The position numbers and the translations under genes were made by a program. Under the pieces are notes generated by a model. That model saw only the letters and a list, made by a program, of their open reading frames with translations, had not been told where the DNA came from and ran no database searches. Below, one piece after another: positions 49,410-62,200 of a stretch of DNA of 64,000 nucleotides (positions are counted from its first letter, which is position 1; every line of letters starts with the position of its first letter). Source of the stretch: Monocercomonoides exilis PA203 (taxonomy: Eukaryota > Protista > Preaxostyla); assembly GCA_001643675.2 (NCBI GenBank), contig LSRY02000002.1, positions 1,302,001 through 1,366,000 of the forward strand, given 5' to 3'.

Positions 49410-50854
49410 ATGAGCTTGAAATCGGGCTCAAAAAAGATCGTTTCTTCTCTTAAATCTGAAAGCAATGTCAGCAAAGAAGAATATAGCGCAGCTAAAACAT
49501 TACAATCAGACTATGTGAATAATTTTGGATCATTTCTAATTGAGCGAGTTATCTTCGAAAATCCGGGGAATGTTTTCATTTCACCTTTGTCGGTGCACAC
49601 AGTGCTGATGATGGTTGGCTCAGGTGCAGTAGAATCAACATTGGAGGCTCTGCAGGACGTATTGCAGATGAAAGGACTTTCTGAAGATTATTCTGTATGT
49701 TTCAAATGTTTTTCTGTTAGATAATGTTGACAATGATCTATGTTTATTTTGTTCGTTATTTTTTATTGGAATATCATTTTCGCAGTTTGAGAATATTGCA
49801 AAAGTTCTTCATAATTATGAAAAAGAACACAAACCTCCTTTTATTGTTGCCAATTCACTTTGGATTGATAGCAAGTTTTCAACAAATGAGGAATTTTTGA
49901 AGACTTGTGATGACTGTTTTGGAGGAGTTGCGGAAGTTGTTCCATTCTCATCAAAGTCGTATGCATTTAAAAATTTGATGATTTGCTAAATATTTCATTT
50001 GGAATACTTCACTAAAAACATATTCAAACTTCTTCATCTTAAATTTCTTTATTCATACAATATTGAAATTTCATAATGAATGAAAACGAACTTTTTGCGA
50101 TGTTTCCTACAGAACAGTTACCAGAATAAACAAATGGATAAGTACAAATACAAAGGGACTCATCAGCAAAGTATTTGACAGGCTGGATGAAGACAAGAAG
50201 ATGATTCTTGTAAATACTGTTTACTTTAAAGATAGTTTTTCAATTCCATTCAAAAAGTATAATACACATGATTCTGCGTTTAATCTTTTCAGTGGGAAAA
50301 AAAGAGTTTGCCAGATGATGAAAATGACAGAGAAACTGTTGTATTATGTAGCAGACGATGCTGCATTTGTGTCATTAGGATTTAAACGAGGAGGCGTTCG
50401 AATGCTGCTTATGCTGCCTGCAGAAGAGGGAGCAGCTGCTCTAACCGCTTGCACGCTGAAGTATCTTCGGGCAAGTCATCTCAAAGAGATTGAACATCAC
50501 CTGACTTATGTGCGAATGGAGCTAAAACTTCCACGTTTCGAGATCGAATTTTCAGCTTCGCTAAAGTGGGCATTGCTTCAGATGGGCCTTGTTGATTGCT
50601 TTGGCGATGATGCGAAGTTTGCGAAAATAAGTTCAGAGCAACTGAAGATTTCAGATATCATTCACAAAACCGTTTTGAAAGTGGATGAAAATGGGGTTGA
50701 AGCTGCAGCTGCTACGGCAGCTGTTATGAGAGCAAAATCGAGAGAACGCACAGTTGAGACACTTATCAGCTTTGTGGCTGACAGGCCTTTTATGGTAGTG
50801 CTCTACGACAGCTTCTCAACTGAAATTTTCTCGGGCGTTGTGAAGTCTGTGTAG
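49410..50854 (+). CDS. Serpin (serine protease inhibitor); exons 49410-49694, 49786-49958, 50113-50854
   Basis: NVFISPLS, VANSLW, INKWISTNTKGLI, ILVNTVYFK, LKLPRFEI, KVDENGVEAAAAT hinge and FVADRPF signature. Confidence 0.95.
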
Positions 50855-51594
50855 TTATATCCCCCTCTTTTGAGTTATTTGAACGTAATTATTGTTTTTA
50901 GTTTATGCTGGCATTATTGTTGAATTGATAATAAATAGTCTATTATTATAATTGTAATTATTATTATTATTAATTGATTGAGCATAACTTGTCTTTCTTA
51001 TTTTTTATAACTTATAAATTATAATTTCTTTTATTATTTTTTATTGTAAAATGAAATTTTTTGATTATCTTTGGGTTTTTCTATTACAATACTTTTTCTT
51101 TATGAGCGTTCATTTTTTCTGAAACATTAATAAGTTATTCTTTAAGACTTTGACATTAGTTTTTGCGAATATTTACCACTTCACGAAGTGAGTTGAGTGA
51201 AATATGAATTAAATGAAGTGGTGAGAATGTCATTTTAATCTTTTTAGCACACAACAGAATTTACAAGATCATTTGCTTCTATCTAATAATTTGGCTTGAA
51301 GCAATTATTTGTGAAAAAACGTCATATTGTTTTAAAATGAATGACTATGAAAAATTATTCTCAAAAGCATCTCAAAGTCTTGTAATTGTTATTCTTTTGT
51401 TAATTTATTCTTTTTCACTAAAAGGAGCAAAGCAGCGCATAAGTGTCATTTTCCCCGCTATCTTTCACATGCTTTTCAAGATACACTTTTTTGAACTAGA
51501 TCTTTTTTGATTTGAATAATCTTTCCATCATTCATTTTTTATAATCTGAAAAAAGAAAGGGTATCAACAGTTTGAAAGAATTAATTGCGTTGTT

Positions 51595-54436
51595 ATGTCA
51601 GTGTTATGTCCTCCATGGGAACGAGAAAACAGACCAAAAAGTTCGTTTGAAACCACTTATAGAAGTTATATGAGCGGACCAGCTGTGGAAAGAACTGTAT
51701 CGTTTCCATTAACAACATTTGGTGAAAGTACATCTAATAATTCTTCACTATCCGTAACTCAACGTCGAAAACCGATTACAGGTTTGTTTTTTAGTTTTCT
51801 TATAAAGAAAAACCATGTGGTACCCTCAATTTTTCGCACATTCGAAAAAATCGAATAATTTCTTTAGAATGGCTTCCAGATGGATATAGTCATCCGTTGC
51901 AAACTAGAGAAAGAGAATTTGATCCGTTAAGGACGAGAGACATCCTTTATGATTGTTTGCATTTTATTAACTTTCTAGATTTTAATTTGATTTTTTTTTT
52001 GAAAAAGCTTCTTCCGAAAGAAAAGTCACGAGAAAGCCAAAAAAGTGCCGCACTCCAGCAAGCATGAAATCACTAGAAGACATTGATTTTGCACATACTG
52101 TTAAGCCATTTGAACGGACTTTGACTTTTGATCCTCTTAATCCCAATTATCCTCGTCTTTCAGATGGAATTGGCCTTTTAGATGATAACGAAGAAACAAT
52201 TCATGCATCTACGCAAAGATATGGCATCACGTGTTCGAAGCGATCGCTTTCATCATTGGATAGAAAAATGCTTTCTGAGAAGAAAAGGATATTTGAAGAT
52301 ACTATAAGGGAAAGAGAAGAAAAAGAAAAAGAAACAGCAGATAATCGAAGAGCTAAAGTCGAAGCTGAGAGATCTTTACGTGCACAGGAGAAAAATCGCA
52401 CACTCGGAGCGACAGATTATCTATTGAATTCTGGTGTAAGATCATCAACTGCAACTGGTATTGCTGGAGAAAGGCAAAGCAATAATAAGCGGGTTCAGTA
52501 TGTGATTGACCCTCTCCTCGTCTCTCCGTCTCAGCGCATGCGCATGAAGGAAGGAGTGGGCGTGCGTGGGATATTTCATGGAATTGCATTGAGGGCGAAA
52601 AATGGTAACCCAGAGCAAATTGCTCAGAGAAATGCTGAGCAGGAAGAAAGATCGTACTGTCCTCCAGTGAATGTTCGATCCAACAAATTCCGTGTGACGC
52701 AAACATCGCCTGCTCCTCAGATAGAAAATTCTGCTTTTTCAACTCAAACTGACGGAATGAAATTGGATTCAAACACAGAATTCGCACAAACAACGCCTCA
52801 GCATTCTCATGTTGCTTTGAAAGAAAAAACAACTGAAGGTGGAGAGTATTATTTGAGTCCTTCCGTCTTTGCCTCGTCGACCAGGCATCGTTTTGTGACA
52901 ACAGCAATCGGGTCGAGCAGCGAAGCAGAGAGCGACGGAGACCTTGTGCCAGAGAGCCTTACACACACACTCACCCTCCCTTCCGTGACTCTTACACGAT
53001 CCCCTGCACGTATGCTCCCGAAAGACAGCATAAAGAACAGAGAAAAGAAGAGAGAATACGAAATTAGCCAGAACGAAGAGAGATACGGTGGAAGTGGCCT
53101 TGCAGAAAGAGGCGATGAAGAGGCGGCAGAGTTTGTGCCTTCTGTGAACGTTGTGGTGGATGACGAGTCGCTGTGGAGTGTGAAGCCGAAAGAAGGAGTG
53201 AAGGTTGTCCCACCACCTCCTTCAGGGCAGCACGGTGCTTTGTTTGAACAGGAAAGAATTAGCGAGGAAGAAGCAGACGACGCATTCGCATGGACGATGG
53301 AGAGAGACTTCCCGAAGTGGAGCAGACAAGAAATTGAAGTCGGAGAAATAATCGATGAAGAAACAGAAGGAAACAGTTGGAATGAAACAAAGCGGCGCAA
53401 AAAGGTGAAAGCAGGAGAAGGGAGAGTCGGCTATTCTACTACTCATCCATTGCACAATTCGTTTTTCACAGCCACTGCTTCACCATCTCTTCCAACATCT
53501 TCTCCTCCTTCGCTAACACAACGAACTTCTACTATGCAGCCATCCACCCTCTCTTCAACATCATCATTCTCAACGCCAATACAACCGCCAACGGACCAAT
53601 TTGTCACAATGAATGCTGTTTCGTATCCGTCAAGAGAAGGTTTGGAGCGAATGCTTTCTGTTTCTCCTGATTGCGCAGACTCATACACGAAGCCTCTTCC
53701 ACAGTCTGCAAGGCTTGAAGGAACAGCACAGCTGAATAGCTCTTCTTGTGACAATTCAACATCTTCATCTGCAGGCACTTCAGAATCTTATGTCTCATCT
53801 TCTTCTGTGAACAAAACTCGCACCATCAAAAAGCCTGTCTATGGCGCATACACACTTCACATTCCGCCACAGCCTGATCTTTTCCACTACAAAGAGCCGT
53901 ACTCACGCAATGTATTTATGCTAGGGGCATCTGCAAGAGAGGAGGCGGAGCTGAAGGCAAAAGAAGAGAGAAGAAGGCAGATAAGAGGAGAAGTTCTGCA
54001 CGGCACAAGCGACGAGTCAACAAAGCAGACTGCATTTATTGACAGAGACTACAAACGAAAGCACCCTGAAAGAGTGAAAGAGCTGGTTGCTGATCCTTCA
54101 ATCAACGCTGGTGCGAACGGAAGTTCAGGAAACATGGCTGAAAGAGGATTTGAGGCAGGGCAATACCCAACCACCACTTCTCAGATGCTGAATACGGGCT
54201 CTGATCCTTCAACGGCCACTGGATCCTTCTCGTCGTCGCTTGGATTTATGCGGAAGAAGACACTGCGGCAGAACACGATCACACCGGATGCATCAACATC
54301 CCAGTCCAAATGGGGAAGCAGCTCGCTTTTCCCGCTGCCGCGTCTTCCTCCTTTTGTCACGAATAAGCAAGGCCCTTCAAAGACACTCGAAAGCAGCCTT
54401 CTTCAAACGCACGATGTGCCTTTCCAGGATTTGTAA
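51595..54436 (+). CDS. Hypothetical low-complexity protein (~900 aa); exons ~51595-51781, ~51868-51954, ~52008-54436
   Basis: The 790 aa ORF extends upstream through two in-phase GT-AG introns to the ATG at 51595. No recognisable catalytic domain. Confidence 0.7.
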
Positions 54437-54486
54437 TATTTTTTAGATGCTGTGAAGAGAATATTGTTCAATTTAATCTCAATCAT

Positions 54487-54579
54487 ATCATCATCTTCAT
54501 CTTCATCTTCATCATCATCATCATCTTCTTCTTCTTCTTCTTCTTCTTCTTCTTCTTCTTCTTCACTTCACTTCACTTC
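54487..54579. repeat. (TCA)n/(TCT)n trinucleotide microsatellite followed by (CTTCA)n, in 3' UTR/intergenic DNA
   Basis: Direct reading: tcatcatcttcatcttca...(tct)n...cacttcacttcacttc just downstream of the stop at 54436. Confidence 0.9.
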
Positions 54580-55255
54580 GTAATGTTTACTGGACGCAAA
54601 TTGTTGGGTGGAAGTTGTAACTATCATGAGCGATTCATCCAACGTGCATAAAGTAAGCAGAGCGAAACACCTCTCAATTACTTGTATTTTTGTGTAGTTG
54701 TCTTTAATTTTCAATTCCTATCTTATAAATATGGTTGAGATGAAAGAAAAATCTCTATTAAAAAACGTCGTTTTGCTGAAATATGTCCAATAGAAAGATT
54801 GATTTCTTTTGGATTAGGAATAATTTTCATCAAAAGTTTTATCAGGCTTTCAGAGTGATTGTGAAAATTTTTATTCAATTTGAAGATACTTCAAAAATAA
54901 AGTGAAAATTGAGAAGAGTGTTGAAGAATCTGCGGGTTATTGGATTCATGTTTCTGAATCAGCAAGAATACTCAAAACATCATTTGGATAACCTTATCAA
55001 AACAAAGGATAAATTGAAAAAAACTGTTCTTTTTGATGCACGTTCATTAAGCATTGTTTTGTTTAACTTTGCGTGAAATAAATTTTTTCAATAAAAATTT
55101 TGTATTTCGTAAAGTGGTTGTTCAGGTATTTTTGAATCAACAAACATAAATTTGAAGAGTATGTTCACCATTAGAATTGAAGTGAAATTTAAACAGAAGA
55201 AAAGCAAAAGCAACAAAAAAGATAGAAAGAAAGTGACATTAAATAAATTTCAAAT

Positions 55256-56023
55256 TTATTTTCTTATCACTTTTGAAGATTTGGTTGGGAGTTTAGATGC
55301 TGTTCGAGATCGACTTAAAGTCGCTTTCATTGCGCTAAGTGCCTGAGTTGCTGCAGCTGCTTGCTGTGCATGCCTTATTCCTCGTTGTGATGGAACCTTT
55401 GAGAATATTGAAGAAAATTTATAGAAGTCGATGTAACCTAAAAATTGAATGTGAAAATGAATATTAAATTAAATTGAAAGCAAGACCTGATTGAGTTGAA
55501 TCCAATTCTTGTAGAATCGTATCGATATCAATCGTAAGTTCGTATTCATGAATAATTTTTGAAACTTTTTTTGTCGAAACAGTTCCTAATAAATAGTAAT
55601 ATAAAAATTTAAAAACTGTTATAATAAGCCAACCTGTTTTGTCTCTGTTTCCTCCACAAACAACTAATAAATAGAAAACCATGAAAAAAAACTTATAGCT
55701 ATCATCACTAATAATTTCAAACCAAAAGCATCAAGAGTTCCTTGATCATCAAGAGCTCCGTGAATCTTCTTTTTGTGGAGTTCAATAAGCTCAATATACG
55801 ATGCAAATGAAATTGTTCCAGATGTGTCGAGATTCAGCTGAAGAATAAGATCGAACAACTCATCATCGTTTGGTAATTGACCAATTTCATTTAGTAATTT
55901 ACGTAACTCTGACAGATTGACAAAACCTGTTTTTCCTGTATCATATCTGTCGAATGCAGCTTTGCATTCTTCTGCCTCTTGTCTGCTTAAGACAGATGAA
56001 ATAGATACGGTTCCCTTTGACAT
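55256..56023 (-). CDS. EF-hand calmodulin-like protein, flagellar outer-arm dynein light chain LC4 (18 kDa)-like; 4 exons (56023-55723, 55663-55634, 55585-~55487, ~55437-55256)
   Basis: EF hands DTGKTGFVNLSE and DTSGTISFASY. The spliced block TLDAFVVCGGNRDKTGTVSTKKVSKIIHEYELTIDIDTILQELD matches LC4-type sequences. Confidence 0.8.
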
Positions 56024-56263
56024 TATGCAAATGGTATTTTTTAACGATGTACCATAATAATTTTTTGTTGGACAAAAACCTAAGTTAGAAGGAAAATAAA
56101 TATTGTAATCAAATTTTGTGAATTACAGGAACAATTAAGAAATTCACGATTTATATCGTTACGGTTAAGATCATTCTAATCAATTACATTTCCGTTTTTA
56201 GCTTTTAACAATTTGAATAATAAAAGAACTCGAAATTCATTGAAATAAAAATTACATTTGGAA

Positions 56264-59200
56264 ATGTCTCTAAAGAGATTTATTCGTAAAAAAGTCTCTG
56301 GAGGGCGCAATCGTTTAGAAAATGAAAAATACAGTCTTGATTTGACTTACATCACAAAACGAGTGATAGGTTTGATTTTTTCGTAATTTACATAATTATG
56401 CTTATTTTTATTTTAACATATTTGATATTACCTTTTTTTATCTTTACTTTTTCTTTTTTGCCTTCATTCATGTATTTTGATTCGAAGCGATGGGTCTTCC
56501 AGCTGAAGGTTTTGAAGGTGTTTATAGAAATAGATTAGATGAAGTTGCATCTTTTTTGGACGAACAACATGGTCAACATTACATGGTAATTAACCTATCT
56601 CAAAAAAGTTATGATTACTCAAAATTCCACAATCATGTTCAAGATTATGGATTTCCTGACCATCACCCCCCTGAATTGCATATGCTTTTTCTCCTTTGCA
56701 AAAATATTTCTACTTGGCTTGATAGTGATCCCAAAAATGTTATTGCTGTTCACTGCAAAGCTGGCAAAGGGAGAACTGGAGTTGTTATATGCTGCTATTT
56801 TTTATATAGCGGGTTTATGACAAATGCAATTGATGCAATGAACTTCTTTGCAACTAAAAGGGCGAATAACTTTGTTGGAGGGGTTGCCGTTCCTTCTCAA
56901 AGACGATATGTCGAATATTTCGGAAAGTTGATCAACAGAGAATTATTTCCATCATCCGAGCCCGTAAAAGTGTGAGAACTCAATTGCTTTCGATTTATAT
57001 TATCATTTTCATATCCTTAAATATTTCTTATTTATTTTAAGATTTCATCAATCATATTTCAAACTGTACCAATTTGTGACAAACAAAAGGGGATCAGGCC
57101 ATATTTTATAGTCAAATTGGGAAATAAACTATTTTATGACTCTCGAATCGATCCCAAAACCGGCCGCCCTTTTAGCGATCCTCCACGCTGGTTTGGGCAG
57201 GAAGAGGAGATGGTTGTATTGAAATGCAGTGTCATTGTCAGTGGAGATGTGTTGATAACCTTCTATCACTTGGATATCGGGAACGATGAAGAGAAGCATA
57301 AGAGCAGCTCAACTGGCAAAAAGAGCGAAAAGGAAAGAAGTGCACATACAGGGACAAGGAAGAGCAGAGAAGATCGAGAAGAGCCGGCATATATGAAGCA
57401 CCGTGGGAAAGTGCTGTTTCGCTATGCTTTCCACACCGCCATGCATCAGTCAAACACAGTTTTATCGCTTGTTGCTCGTGAGCTCGACTCACCAAAGCAC
57501 ATTAAGTTCAACAAGGACTTCAGATTGGACACAATCATCACACACGTCGAGCCCGGTGAAAAGATGCCGCATTTCCAAAAACAGAATTGGGATGTATGTA
57601 AAGTTGTATTCAGTTATTTTTTAGAATTTTTTGATTTGTCAATATATTTTTTTCTTATTGCTTCATTTCCTCTTTATATATCTATCTCTTCTCACCCAAT
57701 TGCAATGCTGCTTTTACGTGCAATCAGCTTTTAATTCCATCACAGCCATCTTCAAAGTCCCTCAGTCAGCAAGTTGTATTATCATCAAGCCGGGCATCAA
57801 CAGTCGCGTCTTCACCACTTCACCATTCACCAACCTCATTCACTTCAACCCCTTCTTCATTCACCTCTTCATCGCGCATTCCTTCATCATTTGCACATCC
57901 TCCTTTGCTCAGCGCATCTCTTCCCCGCTCCTCATCATTCAATGTGTCACCTCTTCCTTCTGCTTCCATATCATCTTTAATGAACACTTTTGCGTATTAC
58001 TCATTCAACTGCACACTCCGCTCGGCTGTCTCTGCAATGGCTGCATGCGGTCGTTTTCTTGCAGCTGGGTCTGCGTGTGGTGAGGTTGTGGTGATTGATA
58101 CAAAGAAAGACATCGTCATAAAACGGATGAGATTGAATGACGATGATCGTGCAAATGCCATTTGTTGGGTCGGAAAAGATGTGAAGGGAAGGAACGAATT
58201 GAAAGAATTGCTTAAAAAATGTGAAAAAAATCAGAATGGAACTATTTGTGAAGACGGTATAAGAACTCGAAAAGAAAACACTTTCCATTTAAAGCAAAGC
58301 AATATCAAGCAAAATGATTGCAATTTCAACAAAGAAAATTCATTGAACGATGAAAGCTTGGATGGCAAAGATCAATTTTCAAACAACAACGAAAACAATT
58401 CTGACATCTCGGAGACTTCAACCACCGAAGAAGAAGAGGAGGAGGAAGGGTGGGAGGAAGAGGAAGGCGCGGAAGAGAAAGAGTGGGAATGGTTGAAAGA
58501 CAGAAAAAACAGACGAAAAGAAGAACGAAAAGAAAAAAAGGAGAAAAATATCTCTATGGAAGACGAGTTATCCGAAACAGAAAGCTCATTAAGTTTTTCT
58601 GATACACATTTTTTAGAGGAATCCAGCAAAAGTCATGAAACCAGCATGTTTTCAGCACCAATAAGAACTGAAGACAGCAGTTTCGTTCAGTCAAAAGAAC
58701 TTCAAATAAACAGCACAAACAGTAACAATAACAATACCAGCAACAGCAATCTCAACAGCAATGGCAGTGGCAGTGAAACATCAAGTGAGGGTGAAAGCCA
58801 CAAAAGTTATCTTTATCAGCAGCAGCTGCTGGAAGCGCAGCAAACAGCTGTGACAACTTCTGCTTCTGACTCATTGGACAAAACAGCATCGATCAGCAGT
58901 TCCTTAAACACATTGTCTTCCAGCCCTTCTTCGGCAAATCTTTCACCCGGAGATTTGTCTGAAGGCGCTTTTACTCCGACAGTGGCTCCGACGACTTCGT
59001 CGCGTTTAACGTCTCCCATTTTAAGCAGCACACCTATCCAACAGCCCAGCTTCCCAGTTACTTCGCAATCGCACATTCCCCCGATTCCTCCACCACCGGA
59101 ACTTTGCCAAGCAACCACTTTTGAGAGTACGTCGTATTCACCGACTTGTTTGTCGTCTTCTGCCCCTTCATTGCCTTCGTCGTTTTTCTCCTTCCCGCCG

Positions 59201-62200
59201 CTTCCAAAGCAGACCAAGTCAAAGGTGCTGGATTCCATCCGCTTTCCGGCTGTCGATAAAATACCATTGCTGCTTGTTGTGGGTGGTTCGTCGGGCACAG
59301 TTTATGTGTTTGATGCCTCCACATATGAGCTTCTGCATCGGTGCGTTGTTTCAACTTTCTCAATCACATCGCTCTGCCACGTGCAGCTGCATACGAAGAA
59401 CGAAGCATCTACTCGGGCAGAACTTGAGCAAAATCCCTCTTTCAATAGCGAAAGTCAAAATTTAAGTGAAATTGACCAAAAACCGCAAATTTTGGGTGCA
59501 AAAGATGAATTGACCGATATTCTTCTTTCATCTGGACATGAAACAGAACATTTTTCACAGCAATTTTCCGAACAGAACAAAAATCAGAACAATTCCGAAA
59601 GACATGAAACAGATATTTCTTGGAGCAATGACGGTGATAATCAACCAGCTAAAGAGCATTTGTCTGAAGTTGAGCCTATTTGTCAATTAATTGTTGGTTC
59701 AAAACAAACTCCAGACAACAACAACGAAATGTATACCATTGATAAAGAAGAAAACTTAGTATCACAACTGAACAATGACGACATTCCAGATAAGGATGAA
59801 AAAGGGAAAAGAGACATCTTGGTTATTGGCTGTGACGATGGGAGTGTTATTGAATGGGCGTTGAGTTCACAAGAAATGTACAGAATTTTTGGGCATTCCA
59901 AACGAGTATCTGCTTTGCTGCCTGTTTCAAATCCGATTTATTTGGAGCAGAAGGAAAACTTTACAAATAGGGAATCAACAAACATAGAGCGCATTTCAGC
60001 AAAAGAAGTTGATGATAAACTTGGAAGCAGAGCCAGACAAAGAAGCTTGTCAATCACTATCAAAAGCTCCAAAGAAATGGAGGATGAACTAAATCAACGA
60101 GAAAACACCAAAAAAGCAAAGCACAACATTCGTAAGAGTGTCAGAATAAAGCCAGAGAATTCGCGGCTCACTCGCTTACAAAGCACTGGAACTGGAAATT
60201 CGCCTGTCTTTGGAGATGTTAGGTGGAATGATTTGTTTGGAAGCACAACACTAAAAGAACTGTCACAATATGGGGAAGATGACACACAGGAAGGAGATGA
60301 AGATGACGATGAAGATGATGATGAAGATGAAGATGATGATGAAGATGAAGATGATTGCATTTGGGAGGAAGTGGATGATTCGGATTGTTCTCTTGATTTT
60401 TCGTTAGACGAATCAAACAAAAATGGAGAAAGGGACGAATCTGACAATTCTGCTGTTTTGTCTTCTGAGAAAACAGAGTACAGCGCCTCTGATGAAGAGG
60501 ACGATGAAAATGAAGTTGTCTTTGCTAACACACAGGAAGTGAAGACAATGATGGAACGCGGAAACCGGAAGCGAAGAAAGCACGCGAAGAAAGAAGAGAA
60601 CGAGGATATGGAAGACATGTTACATGTTGTGTGTGCACTCTCAAATATCGTTTCTTCGATTTCCAGCGGACAATCAAACAAACACAAGACGAAAGGGAAA
60701 ATATACAAGCAGACCAAAATTGGAGGTTCGACTGAAGTTAAAGAAGGAGCAGAGAAAGACAAGAATTTGATAAGTTCTGGACTAATAACTCCTTCAATAC
60801 CTCTTCAGCGCACAATATCACTTTCATTGAACTCACAGTCTTCTTCTCATTCTGAGAATGCTCCTTCTCTTGTTGTGCGCAACTCCAGCGATGCTTCACT
60901 TGCAAGCAAGCATCTGAGCGGAAGAGCTGATTCGTTGGTACCTCGAGTGAATGAAGAAAGCTCATCTGCAAATGTGCAATTGCCCGAGGCTGTGTTTTTT
61001 ACAGGGACAGACACAGCAAAGCAGACTGTCATTAGCGAGTTGTTTGAAGAAGCAAAGTCAACACAAGGAAGTTCTAATTTGAGACAGAACAGTTCTTCGA
61101 CAATGCTGTCGATTTTAGCGGAGCATCGGAAGAGCGATGCGGACTCGTCTTGTGAAGGACAGCAGGCGGATGAGAAGGCTTCGTCGTTTGTTGATCATCG
61201 GCTCCCACCTGCGATTGTTATTACTTCAAACAAAGTACGGCTGATTCCATCGAAATCTACATCAAACTGCTCTTCGCTTCCGCTAGCTGACAGTTCTTCT
61301 TTTGCTGCTCATTCTGCTCCTCTTTCTTTTATCAATGAACCTTCCGTGCCATCTTTTGCTCCTGCTTCTTCAGGCACCTCACCCTCTGGACTAATCATCC
61401 GACATCCAACACCTTCTCTATCATCCAGAACTCAATCTAATTCATCCTCGTTCGGTTCAACTGATTCTCTCACCCCGACTCGCAGAAGTGCTTCGCCCGT
61501 CCGCTCGCCTTTGTCTCCTTCTTCTGTCCACTCAAACCTCTCTGTCATGTTTGCGCCCCATTCTCCTTCTGTCACTGCATCAAACACACCACGCTCTTTC
61601 CGCCAGAAACAAGTCATATCTCAAAAGGAATGTTCTTTTCCTTCCTCTTCCTATTCGTCGTCAACATCATCATCTTCTTCTTCTCCCCTTCCTCCGTTAC
61701 CTCCTCCTGCATCTCCAAGCATTCAATCGCCTCTACAATCATCTCCGCTTCCAACAGTTGCACAAACTATCCCGGAAACTACTTATTCCCCTTCTCAGAA
61801 CGTTTCAATGAATATTTCAACTTTCCAGCAATCTTTGTTTGCAGCAGCAAGCTCTCCTATAAGTGACACGTTGAATCTTCCCTCTAAATCAGAAGCTGCT
61901 TTTACGTCTTTGGTGCATTCTCGCTCTTCTTCTCACTCGTCTCCTGAATCTTTCCCGAATGTTTCTTCTCCGCCTGTCCCTCTCACTGAGATAAGCGACA
62001 AGCAGCAGTTCTTTGGCTTGACGCTTAATTCCGATCTGCCCAATAGCCAGACAGACGATCAACTGAAATGGGGACTTCGCCAAGCGCTGACAGATTCATC
62101 GCTCACTGTGCAGAGTGACGGAAGTCAGGCTGATGAAGTTCATATTGCATTTGAACAGAGCTCATCGCCTTTCCAAATAAGCAGTAGCAACAACAATAGC

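Noticed and set aside
54603-54643. Small hairpin gttgggtgga...ttcatccaac in convergent intergenic DNA (snoRNA- or SECIS-like?)
   Set aside because: 10 bp stem with G-U pairs is within chance expectation; no SECIS quartet or clear box motifs, and no in-frame TGA in the neighbouring genes.
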